Assembly (NCBI GenBank): GCA_038320555.1
Contig: JBBQEJ010000006.1
Span: forward strand, 223-64,222
Direction: 5' to 3'
DNA length: 64,000 nt
Source of the DNA: Vicinamibacterales bacterium
Lineage (GTDB): Bacteria > Acidobacteriota > Vicinamibacteria > Vicinamibacterales > 2-12-FULL-66-21
This document shows, piece after piece, positions 14,016 to 23,318 of this stretch (positions within the stretch are counted from its first letter, which is position 1; every line of letters starts with the position of its first letter). A program made the position numbers and the translations under genes. A model generated the notes under the pieces. It was not told the origin of the DNA, did not search any database, and saw only the letters and a list, made by a program, of their open reading frames with translations.

Positions 14016-14634
14016 CGCTAGCCGCCATTTTGATGGCCAGCGCGAGGAGGGCCACGCCGGTGGTCGCTTCGAGAATCCGCCGCGGCCTTGGCGCCCCGAG
14101 CGTCCGCGTCAAGGTGCCGCCCGCGACCGCCCACGTAACGTGCCATGTGGCGGCGAGCGTCACATGGACGGCGGTGAGCAGCAACGCGCTCGCGACGACG
14201 GGGGCACCGCGCGGAATGAACTGCGGCAGGAGCACGAAGTAGAACGTCGCGATAGCGGGATTCAACGCATTGGTCGCGAAGCCTTCGTAGAGGCTTCTCA
14301 CCAACCCGCGATCCGTCGCGATGCCGGGGCGCTCGGCGTCTGGCCTTGTTGCGGAGCACGCGCGCCGTATCGACTTGAGGCCGAGCCAACACATGTACGC
14401 GACCCCGCAGGCACGAAGCGCGACCCATGCGGAAGGCCACCGCTGAAGCGCCAGCGCGAACCCGAAGGCCGAGAGCAGGCCGTAACAGATCGAGCCGCTG
14501 TTGGCGCCGATGGCCGTTGCCAGTCCCGCGCGCGTACCGCCGGCGAGACTGTTCCGCAACACGACCGCGGTCGACGCCCCGGGCGTCAGCACCAGCGGTA
14601 ACGTGACGGCAATAAAGCCCCCGAGCGGAATCAC
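14011..14634 (-). CDS. LysE/RhtB-family amino-acid exporter
   Basis: ORF 14011..14868. It has the LTPGASTAVVL N-terminal motif and ATNALNPAIATFYFVLLPQFI. GTG 14634 gives the expected length of about 207 aa. Confidence 0.75.
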   Translation of the reverse strand: MIPLGGFIAVTLPLVLTPGASTAVVLRNSLAGGTRAGLATAIGANSGSICYGLLSAFGFALALQRWPSAWVALRACGVAYMCWLGLKSIRRACSATRPDAERPGIATDRGLVRSLYEGFATNALNPAIATFYFVLLPQFIPRGAPVVASALLLTAVHVTLAATWHVTWAVAGGTLTRTLGAPRPRRILEATTGVALLALAIKMAASG

Positions 14635-14692
14635 GAGGCCGATCCTATCGGCTGGAGGCTGGTGCTCGAGTGCCGTGCGACGAATGGCTCTG

Positions 14693-16474
14693 TCAGAATT
14701 TTCGTTCTGCGCCGACGAGTCCGGGGCGCATCGGCGGGGCGTCGGGCATTCGGTCAAACCCCACGAGTTTCCACCCATCGGGGCCTCGGCGAAAATAGGC
14801 GCGTACTGGCGCGACCCATGACGCGTGCGCTCCGCCGGTCGCGCTGATGTCGGCGCGGACGAACACACCGCGTCCGCCGGCTCGCGACGTGTCGGACCTG
14901 AGACGCACGAGGAGCTCGGCTGGCGCCATCATTCGCGTCCCTGTCGCGCTCGATTCGCCGGCAGGCGACGATTCCCCCGTGAGATTGTCAAAGCGGAACC
15001 ACGCGACGTGATATCCGGACGGCTCCGGTGCGAAGGTGAACTCGACCGCGGGATTCTGGAACGTCAACGTGCCATCTTCCGCCAGCGCGGGATCGACGAT
15101 GGGATTGATGGAGGTGAGCCAGGCGCGGCCAATCTTGTCGCGCCGCTCGATGAGCGCGTCAGCCAGGAACTGCTCCGCGCGCGGGTCGTTGTAACGCCCC
15201 GCCTTCACCGCCGCACGAATCACATCGTCGGAAAGCGCCATCAGCTTGAGGGCGGCCCAGAAGGTGTCGTCGGGCCGCGAACGGATGTACGCGGGGTTCG
15301 GCACACGCGGGCGCCACTGCTCCGGCACGAATCGTTTCGACTCGAAGCGGCCGATGCCCCGCAGCTTGGGATAGCGAATCGTCATCCACGGCCGGATATA
15401 AAACCCGAAGGCCGGCAGCGCCTTTCCCGTCGGACCGAACTCCGCCAGGTACTCGTACCCATCGCGACGTTCGCGTAGACCGATGCCGGCGCTTCCGAGC
15501 GCGGCATTGAAGTCGATGAGATAATGTCGCACGTGCGCGCGGCTGTTTTCCGTCACGAGCACGTCCAACGAATTGATGGCTTTCGCGTCCGTGTGATTCA
15601 GCCACGCGCTGAACACCCGAAGCCCGCGCAGTTCGCGACGGTTCTCGTGCGGGACGATGTCGTTCGGGTCGTCGGGGCGAGTCCCCTCGTACATGAATCC
15701 CTCGAGCGGCTTGCCTGGCAGCGCCTCGCTCAGGCTCACCCGGTAGGTACCGTCGGGATTACGGTCCGCGCGGCTCAGCTGCTCGTCGATGTCGGCCTGC
15801 CGCATGTGGCGGCGCCCGCCGCCCGGCACGCGCACCGTCGCATCCTTCGCGATCACAAGGTTTTCGCGGCGCAGGGTGCCGACGTTCACCTGGGGCACGT
15901 GGTACCCGAGCGCGTAGAACAAGCGCGTGACGACCGCTTCAGTGGCCGTTCCGAGCTCGGGGAAACCGGGAGGATCGAACTTGATGAAGAAACGGTGGCC
16001 ACCTTCGTCAGTGATCGTAAAGCCGGGCGACACGCCGTTGGCCTTCCGGCTGACCATCCATTTTCCGGGCGGCGGGGGCGCTTCCTCGGTCGGACCGCGC
16101 AACACTTCGGCGATTGTCAGGGGACGGCTGCCCGCACGGTTGGTGAACCAGCTCGAGTCAGGCACTTCGTCGATTGTATTGATGCTCTCCGCGCGGCCGA
16201 CTTCCGGAAGGCCCGGGCGTCCGAACAGGTTGATTACGGCGTCGTACACGAGCGAGATCTCACGGGGTGCCGCCTTCGACGCATCCTGCGTATCGGCGAC
16301 CCGCATGATCGGATCGTCGTCATAAAACTTCGGCGCGGTCCGCGCTTCCGAGCGCGCGCTCGCGCCCGCGGCGGCAGCCGGCGCCTGGTACGAGCCGGCG
16401 GCGAGTGGCCACACGATGGCTGCGGCACCGACGGCGATCCAGCGTGATGACGGCAATGCGCGCATGATACTCAT
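14693..16474 (-). CDS. Secreted protein with protein-kinase-like motifs (function unknown)
   Basis: This is the real part of ORF 14693..17146. The start is ATG 16474 (MSIMRALPSS..., signal peptide), forming an ATGA overlap with the upstream gene's stop. Motifs: FFIKFD, ATEAVVTRLFYALGY, HTDAKAIN (HxDxKxxN) and IDFN. Confidence 0.6.
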   Translation of the reverse strand: MSIMRALPSSRWIAVGAAAIVWPLAAGSYQAPAAAAGASARSEARTAPKFYDDDPIMRVADTQDASKAAPREISLVYDAVINLFGRPGLPEVGRAESINTIDEVPDSSWFTNRAGSRPLTIAEVLRGPTEEAPPPPGKWMVSRKANGVSPGFTITDEGGHRFFIKFDPPGFPELGTATEAVVTRLFYALGYHVPQVNVGTLRRENLVIAKDATVRVPGGGRRHMRQADIDEQLSRADRNPDGTYRVSLSEALPGKPLEGFMYEGTRPDDPNDIVPHENRRELRGLRVFSAWLNHTDAKAINSLDVLVTENSRAHVRHYLIDFNAALGSAGIGLRERRDGYEYLAEFGPTGKALPAFGFYIRPWMTIRYPKLRGIGRFESKRFVPEQWRPRVPNPAYIRSRPDDTFWAALKLMALSDDVIRAAVKAGRYNDPRAEQFLADALIERRDKIGRAWLTSINPIVDPALAEDGTLTFQNPAVEFTFAPEPSGYHVAWFRFDNLTGESSPAGESSATGTRMMAPAELLVRLRSDTSRAGGRGVFVRADISATGGAHASWVAPVRAYFRRGPDGWKLVGFDRMPDAPPMRPGLVGAERKF

Positions 16475-17679
16475 TGGCCCACGGGACTGAACGCGAGGAG
16501 GATGCGCAGCCCTTCGCGGCTGTGCGCCACTTCGAATCTGATGGCTGTCGTCCGCGGCCCGTGCAATCGCAGACCGGCGCCGACCGAACTCCTGAGGCCG
16601 GTGAAGTCGAGATCGCCGCGGGTCGGGACGGTTTTGCCGGCGTCGTAAAAGATCGCCGCGTCGAGATACTCCTGGGCGTACCAGCGATACTCCGCGGTGA
16701 TCAGAATCGAGTGGAGATCGCGGAACCGGTAATTGGAGAAGCCGCGCAGATCGTGGCCGCCGAGATCCGGCATCAGGAAGAACGGGACCGTATGGCCCCC
16801 AGTGGTCGCGGTCGTCGACGCACGAAGGCCGAGGAACAGTACCCAGTTCCCGTGCAGGATGGGCAGGTACTGCTCGACCGCGCCGTCCACGCGTTGAAAC
16901 GAATACGGCCCGTCGTTCTGCTGCCGGTAGTCGTGAAGCGTCGCCTGCAGCAGACTGCCATGCCGACTGTAGCCTTGGCCGTCGCGGGAGTCGATCGCCG
17001 CGTACGCGCGGCCGTGGACGTACCGCGGATCCGCCCCGACACCCGCCAGGCCGTCGAAGATATCCAAATGGGCCGGATCGGCTTTGTGGGAGATGCCCGT
17101 CTCGAAGCGCTCGAGCCCCACTCCGGTACCGAGGCGTAGAAACCAAACCGGTGCGAGCGCCGCTTCGCCGCTCACCTCGGTCTTCGTTTCGGAGTATTCG
17201 GTCTTGACCTTGGGAGAGTCCATGCCGAGGGCGTAGGCCCGCACGGTCGGCGCGTCCTGCCAGCGCGCCCGGCCTTTGAAGAGCAGTCGGCGACCTGCGA
17301 GGGCAGGCGACTGCAGCGACACCTGAGCCATTTTCGCATTGCTGAACGCGTACGCGCCCTTCGCCACAACGGCCGCGCCGCTCGCGAACGTCTTTCCGTA
17401 AGCGGGGCCGAGGGCGAAACCCGATCCCCGTTTGACATCTCCGAAGGTCACGAACAGGCCACGGGCGACGCCAAAGCCACCCGCGTCTTCAATCGCCAGC
17501 AGCTGGCGCTCAACCCACGGTTCCTTGTAGGGCTTCAGCGCGCGCGCCTTCTCTTCCTGCTGACGCGCCTGTTCCTCGGCGCGCGAACCAGGCTCCTGCG
17601 CCCGCGCGGTGCCGAGCGCAGAGACAACAAAGAGGGCGGCGATCATCATCGACTTCAACGGGCGCATGGCTGACGTCAT
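16471..17679 (-). CDS. Omp85/bacterial surface antigen-family beta-barrel without a recognisable POTRA domain
   Basis: It has a signal peptide, a charged coiled segment and then alternating beta-strand patterns. The C-terminus, GGHDLRGFSNYRFRD...AEYRW...AAIFYDAGK, is typical of Omp85 barrels. Confidence 0.65.
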   Translation of the reverse strand: MTSAMRPLKSMMIAALFVVSALGTARAQEPGSRAEEQARQQEEKARALKPYKEPWVERQLLAIEDAGGFGVARGLFVTFGDVKRGSGFALGPAYGKTFASGAAVVAKGAYAFSNAKMAQVSLQSPALAGRRLLFKGRARWQDAPTVRAYALGMDSPKVKTEYSETKTEVSGEAALAPVWFLRLGTGVGLERFETGISHKADPAHLDIFDGLAGVGADPRYVHGRAYAAIDSRDGQGYSRHGSLLQATLHDYRQQNDGPYSFQRVDGAVEQYLPILHGNWVLFLGLRASTTATTGGHTVPFFLMPDLGGHDLRGFSNYRFRDLHSILITAEYRWYAQEYLDAAIFYDAGKTVPTRGDLDFTGLRSSVGAGLRLHGPRTTAIRFEVAHSREGLRILLAFSPVGQ

Positions 17680-17702
17680 TTATAATCCAATCCGCCTCTC
17701 CC

Positions 17703-19010
17703 ATGAAGTCTCTTTCGGCATCGCTTGCCATCACCGGCGCGATCTATCTTGCTTCGACCCTTGCGCTGGCCGTCACGCAGGTGCCCCTGGGCTCTCCCGT
17801 ATTCTTTGCATGCGCTGCGGCCGCCGGCGCCGCGTACCTCTTGATGCTCGGACGCGTCTGGCACGAAACGCTCGCGCCGCGGCGGCTGCTGGCGGCCGCG
17901 TTCCTGCTCGCGGTGGCGTTCCGCGCGCCGAGCGCGGCTTCGCGTGTCAGCGCAGACAGCGACATGGTGCGGTACCTCTGGGACGGCCGCGTCCAGCTGC
18001 GCGGGTACAATCCCTATCTCGTGGTGCCGGCCGATCCCGCGATGACGGCTGTGCACACGGCGGAAACACGGCGGATGCCAAGTCTCCGCACGCCCACGCC
18101 GTATCCGCCCGGCGCCCAGCTGTTCTTCAGGCTCGTCGTGTGGATCCATGACTCCACACGGACGATGAAACTCGCGCTCGTCGCGTGCGACCTGCTGACG
18201 ATGATCGTGTTGTGGCGCTGGCTGGCGTGCACGGGGAGAAACGAGTGGCTGGCCCTGGCGTACGCCTGGAACCCGCTCGTCGTCCTCGAAGTCGCGCACA
18301 GCGGGCATATCGATGCGCTCGGTGCGCTCTGGATCACGGCCTCTGCGTACTGGCTCGCGCGCCGCCGGACCGCGCTCGCGTCAATCGCGTTCGTGCTCGC
18401 CGTTGCCACCAAGCTGCTCCCGATCGTCCTCGTGCCGCTCTATTGGAAGCGTGTGCGTGCTCGTGACGCGCTCGCCGGCGGCGCGCTGCTGGCGCTTCTG
18501 TACCTGACCTTCACCCGCGGCGGAACGCTTCCCTTCGGCGCCGTGCCGAATGTCGTCGCGTACATCCGGTTCAACGGCCCCGTTTTCAAGGCCATCGCGT
18601 GGCTCTTCGGCACCCCGCAGGCGGGGGCGCTCGTGGCGGTGGCGTCGGGCACGCTCGTCGCGGCGTGGGCGCGCCGGCGACTCGATGCAGAGAATCCGGC
18701 GGCTTGGGCATGGCCCATGGCAATCGCGCTGGCGTGCGCGCCGGTCATTTATCCGTGGTACTTGCTGTGCCTCACGCCCTTCCTGTTCACGGTCGCGACC
18801 TGGCCGCTGACTGTCTGGACCCTCAGCGTGATGGCGACCTACAGCGTCTGGCACATCTCCCGCAACGGCGGGCGGTGGATGGTTCCTACCGCAGTCGTCT
18901 GGATCGAGTACGCCCTGCCCGTTGCGCTCGGGGCACTGATGCTGCTCCGGAGTGTCGGTTCCCACCACGCTGCCCAGAGAAACGCTGCCGACCCCAGCCG
19001 CACCCGGTAG
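17703..19010 (+). CDS. Polytopic membrane glycosyltransferase-like protein (GT87/DUF2029-like)
   Basis: 435 aa with more than 9 TM segments. Its periplasmic loop (YLWDGRVQLRGYNPY...YPPGAQLFF) resembles polyprenyl-phosphate-dependent mannosyltransferases. Confidence 0.45.
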   Translation: MKSLSASLAITGAIYLASTLALAVTQVPLGSPVFFACAAAAGAAYLLMLGRVWHETLAPRRLLAAAFLLAVAFRAPSAASRVSADSDMVRYLWDGRVQLRGYNPYLVVPADPAMTAVHTAETRRMPSLRTPTPYPPGAQLFFRLVVWIHDSTRTMKLALVACDLLTMIVLWRWLACTGRNEWLALAYAWNPLVVLEVAHSGHIDALGALWITASAYWLARRRTALASIAFVLAVATKLLPIVLVPLYWKRVRARDALAGGALLALLYLTFTRGGTLPFGAVPNVVAYIRFNGPVFKAIAWLFGTPQAGALVAVASGTLVAAWARRRLDAENPAAWAWPMAIALACAPVIYPWYLLCLTPFLFTVATWPLTVWTLSVMATYSVWHISRNGGRWMVPTAVVWIEYALPVALGALMLLRSVGSHHAAQRNAADPSRTR

Positions 19011-19013
19011 AAC

Positions 19014-19196
19014 CTATTCCTCAGGCATCACCATCCACAGGATGATGTAGGCGAGCGTGCCTGGAAAGGCAGCGGACATTATGGAGACGATTACATAGAG
19101 AATACGGACAGCGGTCGAGCTCCAGCCCAGCGCTTGTGCAAGACCGCCACATACTCCGGCGATCATTCGATCGTTTCGGGATCGCAGCACCGGCAT
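19014..19196 (-). CDS. PspC-domain membrane protein
   Basis: Within ORF 19014..19337. The start is ATG 19196, preceded by AAGGAGAA. The sequence RMIAGVCGGLAQALGWSSTAVRILYVI is a canonical PspC domain. Confidence 0.8.
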   Translation of the reverse strand: MPVLRSRNDRMIAGVCGGLAQALGWSSTAVRILYVIVSIMSAAFPGTLAYIILWMVMPEE

Positions 19197-19304
19197 AGCG
19201 ATTTCTCCTTGTGATCGACTATAGCGCACGCCCGCTGACGGTTCGAATGGTCGAGCTGGGCGCTCTGAGCACGGTTCTTGCGGTGTAAACGGCCGGGGGC
19301 AGTG

Positions 19305-20045
19305 ATGCTGCAGCGCCGAGCCGGAACCCTGACGCACACGTTGTCACAATGGGTGATTGCCGCCACAGTGCTGGTCGGTGCCGGCGCAGTCGCGGGCGCG
19401 GCAACGAGCTCTCCTGATCGTCCTGAAAGCCTCTCCCCCTCCGTTCGGGAACAACCCCTGACCCAGTACCGCGCATATCGCCGTATGCACGGGCGCAACG
19501 AGCATTTCGGGCAGGAGGCCTGGCTCGAGGCCTGGACCGAATTCGACGAGCGCGGATTCCGCTACACCATCGTCTCGGAAACCGGATCCGATTACATGCG
19601 CAACAAGGTATTGAAGGCGGTGTTGAAGCGGGAGCAGGAACTTGTGGCTGACGGCGACTGCCGGCGCTCCGAGCTGACGCCGGACAACTACGAGTTCCAG
19701 GATGTGCAGCAGGGAGACGGCGAGCGCTACGTGACCCTCAAGCCAAAACGCAAAGACGTGCTGCTGGTCGATGGACGCATGGTGCTTAGCCAGGACGGCA
19801 GCGAACTGCTCCGCGTCGAAGGACGGCTCGCCAAGAATCCGTCATTCTGGACGAGCCTCGTGAACATCATCCGCCACTACGCGCGCCTCGACGGAGTGCG
19901 CGTGCCTGTTGCCACCGAGTCGATCGCCAAGGTGAAGTTCGCGGGTATCGCATACCTCGACGTTCACTACGAGTACGAGACCATCAACGGCCGGCCGGTG
20001 AGCGTGGCGGCGCGGCACGCCTTTCCAGCAACCGCCGTCCGCTGA
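19305..20045 (+). CDS. Exported hypothetical protein (possibly LolA-like fold)
   Basis: ORF 19278..20045. It has a hydrophobic signal (VIAATVLVGAGAVAGA). I recognise no motif; the coding call rests on length and codon bias. Confidence 0.5.
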   Translation: MLQRRAGTLTHTLSQWVIAATVLVGAGAVAGAATSSPDRPESLSPSVREQPLTQYRAYRRMHGRNEHFGQEAWLEAWTEFDERGFRYTIVSETGSDYMRNKVLKAVLKREQELVADGDCRRSELTPDNYEFQDVQQGDGERYVTLKPKRKDVLLVDGRMVLSQDGSELLRVEGRLAKNPSFWTSLVNIIRHYARLDGVRVPVATESIAKVKFAGIAYLDVHYEYETINGRPVSVAARHAFPATAVR

Positions 20046-20085
20046 CGGCGCGGTACGGAGCCTCGCGTCTTCGCATCCTCTCCTG

Positions 20086-21000
20086 TCACTTGAAGAACCG
20101 ATCCGTCTGCGAGAGAAGGTACCTGGCGTGCTTCTGCGCGATGAGGTTGGCGAGGCGCAGCGAGGAACGCTTCGAGACGTCGACGGCGATGGCGGCGCGC
20201 AGGAGCCTTTCGAATTCGCGCCGATCCTTCGCCGGCTGCGCAACACCGGTCGCCATCGTCACGTAGGCGAACGCCGATTGACCCTCAGACAGCGTCACCG
20301 CGCGATCGAAGTGTTCCTTCGCGCGCGCCGGCGAGCCGCCGAGGAGCACAGGCAGGCTTTCCACCGCAATCATCGCTTCGTGAATGGCGCCGGCTTCCCA
20401 TGCCTCGTCGAGCTGCAGCGCGCGGGCGAACAAGGTGCGGACGGTTGAGACCTCGGCGATTCGGATCAGGGCGTTGTCGGCCAGCATGAGAGAACCGCCC
20501 CATGCGACCGCCGTCCAGTAGAGGGCCGGCACGTCCGCGGTCGTCGTCGACGCGAGCGCAGCCTTCGGGTCTCGCTGCAGACTCCGGCCGACACCCGGAT
20601 GCCGCGTTTCGAGGGCGCGCACGCAGTAACCGCGCGCACGATCGTACATGGCCGCGCCTCGAGCCTTGAGCTCCCTGGCTGTCGCGCTTCCCGGATCCGC
20701 AACGTCCGCATCCGACTGGAGAAAGGCGTAGGCGTACTGCGTGAACCCGCTGCACGCGGTCAGAAGAAGGCCTGTGTGCGACGGCGATTGCTCGAGAAGC
20801 ATTTCGACCATCTTCAGCGTGGAGGGAGCCGCCTGCCTGACGAACTCGGGATCGTTATCGCGCGTAAATGCCGAGGCCGTCGACGACAACGCGTCGGCCA
20901 TGCGGCTCATGCCCATCTTCTTCGGCGAACATCCCGAAACGGCGAGTAACAGCGCGACTGCGCAACATCCCTGAAGAAGCCGTCTCATGAACCGCAACAT
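20086..21000 (-). CDS. TatT-like TPR lipoprotein (TRAP-transporter TatT component family)
   Basis: It has the lipobox LLAVSGC and the segment FTRDNDPEFVRQAAPSTLKMVEMLLEQSP...GFTQYAYAFL, which resembles TatT family proteins as I remember them. Confidence 0.5.
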   Translation of the reverse strand: MLRFMRRLLQGCCAVALLLAVSGCSPKKMGMSRMADALSSTASAFTRDNDPEFVRQAAPSTLKMVEMLLEQSPSHTGLLLTACSGFTQYAYAFLQSDADVADPGSATARELKARGAAMYDRARGYCVRALETRHPGVGRSLQRDPKAALASTTTADVPALYWTAVAWGGSLMLADNALIRIAEVSTVRTLFARALQLDEAWEAGAIHEAMIAVESLPVLLGGSPARAKEHFDRAVTLSEGQSAFAYVTMATGVAQPAKDRREFERLLRAAIAVDVSKRSSLRLANLIAQKHARYLLSQTDRFFK

Positions 21001-21020
21001 AACACACGGCTCTTTTGCAG

Positions 21021-21100
21021 GAGTTCTACCGCGTTCTACTAGGTTCTACGGGGTTCTACTAGGTTCTACCGGGTTCTACCGGGTTCTACTGGGCTCTCCT
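21021..21100. repeat. Eight tandem 10-nt units RGGTTCTACY
   Basis: Read directly: gagttctacc gcgttctact aggttctacg gggttctact aggttctacc gggttctacc gggttctact gggctctcct. It lies in the divergent tatT-like/padR spacer. Confidence 0.9.
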
Positions 21101-21142
21101 GCGAACCTCGCAGAACCTTGTCGAACCTGATTTCTATTCCCC

Positions 21143-21177
21143 TTGACATTCTACAAGAGCAAGTCGTACGCTCTTGT
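21143..21177 (+). promoter_or_regulatory. Candidate padR promoter (TTGACA) overlapping a perfect 8-bp inverted repeat ACAAGAGC-N9-GCTCTTGT
   Basis: TTGACA is at 21143-21148 and TACGCT lies about 17 nt downstream. The inverted repeat spans 21153-21177, about 20 nt upstream of the PadR start. Confidence 0.45.
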
Positions 21178-21198
21178 CGTTCGTCTACAGGAGGGTGG

Positions 21199-21525
21199 AT
21201 GTCACCGAAATCGGACTTGCTGCAAGGAACACTCGACCTGCTGATCTTGAAGACCCTTGTCGGAGGGCCGATGCACGGCTGGGGAATCTCGCTCAGGATC
21301 CAGCAGGTTTCGGAGGAAGTGCTGCAGGTCAATCAGGGATCGCTGTATCCGGCGCTGCATCGTCTCGAACAGCAGGGATTGATCGCGGCCGAATGGGGTA
21401 ACTCGGAAAACAACCGGCAGGCGAAATTCTACGAGCTGACGAAAAGCGGCCGGAAACAGCTCGTCGACGAGACGCGCAACTGGGAGCGTCTGTCGACGGC
21501 GGTCGCGCGCGTGCTGGCCACTTGA
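21199..21525 (+). CDS. PadR-family transcriptional regulator
   Basis: Sequence LLQGTLDLLILKTLVGGPMHGWGISLRI...GSLYPALHRLEQQGLIAAEWG...KFYELT. The start is ATG 21199, preceded by AGGAGGG. Confidence 0.9.
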   Translation: MSPKSDLLQGTLDLLILKTLVGGPMHGWGISLRIQQVSEEVLQVNQGSLYPALHRLEQQGLIAAEWGNSENNRQAKFYELTKSGRKQLVDETRNWERLSTAVARVLAT

Positions 21526-21636
21526 ATTGGCGTATTGGTGAATTGGGCCGAAAGAACTCAAAAATCACCACCACCAATTTCCTAAGGCGGCTCGGAACAC
21601 GTGCAACCGACGACACGGGTAAGGAGAGGCAGCAAC

Positions 21637-22517
21637 ATGGTCCGCAGGATCACGACCCGATTGACTTCGCTTTTCCGACGCGAGCGTCTCGAGCGTGAGC
21701 TCGATCGCGAGCTTCAGTTCCATCTCGACATGTTGACGGAGCGACACGTCCGAGAGGGATTGCCGGCCGCGGAGGCGCGCCGCGCGGCCCTCCGCACGTT
21801 CGGCGGCGTGGAGCGCATCAAGGACGACGTGCGTGAGACCTGGCTGTCGAGACTGGCCGAGACGCTTGGACAGGACGTGCGATACGGCCTGCGGAACCTC
21901 CGCCGCAACCCCTGGGTTCGCGCTGGTCGTCATTGCGACGATGGCGCTGGGCATCGGCGCCAACACTGCGATCTTCAGCGTGGTCAACGGCGTGCTCCTG
22001 CGCCCGCTTCCCTATGCGAACAGCAACCGTCTCGTCGTGTTGCGCCAGCAGCAGCCGCTCGCCAACGTCGAGGACACATTCTTTTCCGTTCAGGAGATCG
22101 AGGACTATCGCACGCGATCGCACAGCCTCGACGGTGTCGCGGAGATCCACGACATGTGGCACTTCTCGCTCTGATCATCACCGCGGCCGGCATCGCCGGC
22201 GTCATCGCGTTCTCGGTCAATCAACGCACGCAGGATTCGGCATTCGCATGGCGCTCGGCGCCCGGCGCGCCAGCGTGTTGCGCATGGTGCTGCAGCAAGG
22301 GCTCACGCTCGCGCTCGCCGGGCTCGCGATCGGAATGGGTGGGGCGCTCGTCCTGACGCGCGTGCTGACGACCCTCCTGTTCGGCGTGCAGCCGACCGAT
22401 GCGCTGACGTTCCTCGCGGTGTCGATGGTGCTGGTCGCCGTGGCGGCCGCCGCCTGCCTGATCCCCGCGCGGCGCGCCGCGTCGGTCGATCCCATGGTTG
22501 CGTTGCGAGTGTCGTAA
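21637..22517 (+). pseudogene. ADOP/MacB-type FtsX permease remnant (two frameshifts plus a large internal deletion)
   Basis: The N-terminus MVRRITTRLTSLFRRERLERELDRELQFHLDML...LRNLRRNP is in frame 1. [25 protein letters not shown] continues in frame 2 after an extra C in the CCCC run near 21909-21912. Frame 2 stops at 22174. IITAAGIAGVIAFSVNQRTQ is in frame 1. GFGIRMALGA...VDPMVALRVS follows in frame 3. Full-length relatives are about 800 aa. Confidence 0.7.
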
Positions 22518-22592
22518 AGATCGAAAAGGTCCGGGATCGGGACGCGGGATCCGGCGGCGGGTTCCGGGATCCGATGGAAGAGGAAAAAGACG

Positions 22593-23318
22593 ATGAGGAA
22601 TACGGTAATCGCAATCCTGGCGATGGTGAGCCTGGCGACGGGGGTTCGAGCACAACCAGCCGCGGTCGAGGCCATCGACGGCGTGGATCCCGTCCTGCTG
22701 GTGCAGGGGAAGGAAGTGTCCGGCAACCCCGACCTCAAGGTGGTACGCGGCCGGTTTGAGTACCTCTTTTCGTTCCCCGCCACGAAGGCGACGTTCGAGC
22801 GCAACCCTTCACAATATGAAATCCAACTGAACGGTCTGTGCGCCAGGATGGGCAAGGCCACCGGCGGCCGGCCGTCGGATTATCTGGCATACGACGGAAA
22901 GATCTACATCTTCGGGTCCGACGAATGTCACCGCAAATTCGAGGCAGAGCCGAAAAAGTATCTGCCGGCCGCAGCGGCACCCTTTGCGCCGTCGGCACAG
23001 GCGGTCAAGGAGGGTCGCGCGCTGGTTGAACGTGTCGTCACCGTGATCGGCGGCGGCCCGAAGCTGGATGGCATCAAAACGTACATTGAAACGGCCTCAC
23101 AGACGCAGAGGCGCTCAACGGGGGACGTGCCTCTCGCGGTCGTCACTATCGCATTTTCGGACTATCGCGACGTGGACGGCCTTTCGCTCCCGTTCGTCGA
23201 GCGGGCATCGTTCAACGGTGGAACGGACCCGTTCCTGTCGCGCCGCATCGACGCCGTCGCCATCAACGCGCCGCTCGACCCGGCCAACTTCCAACCCGGC
23301 ACGCCCGGGGGACAATGA
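22593..23318 (+). CDS. Exported YHS-like domain protein with a short LolA-like C-terminal region
   Basis: It has a signal peptide. AIDGVDPVLLVQGKEVSG...YLFSFPATKATFERNPSQYEIQLNGLCA...YIFGSDECHRKFEAEPKKYLP fits the YHS-domain repeat pattern. Confidence 0.5.
   Translation: MRNTVIAILAMVSLATGVRAQPAAVEAIDGVDPVLLVQGKEVSGNPDLKVVRGRFEYLFSFPATKATFERNPSQYEIQLNGLCARMGKATGGRPSDYLAYDGKIYIFGSDECHRKFEAEPKKYLPAAAAPFAPSAQAVKEGRALVERVVTVIGGGPKLDGIKTYIETASQTQRRSTGDVPLAVVTIAFSDYRDVDGLSLPFVERASFNGGTDPFLSRRIDAVAINAPLDPANFQPGTPGGQ

Noticed and set aside
16475-17146. N-terminal 223 aa of the 817-aa ORF 14693..17146, and similar long N-terminal extensions of ORFs 36623..39658, 51790..54102, 56879..58519, 48336..49820 and 14011..14868.
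   Set aside because: The extensions overlap the upstream gene or are Arg-rich nonsense. Internal starts with an SD sequence and a signal peptide, or with homologue-like N-termini, explain the genes better.
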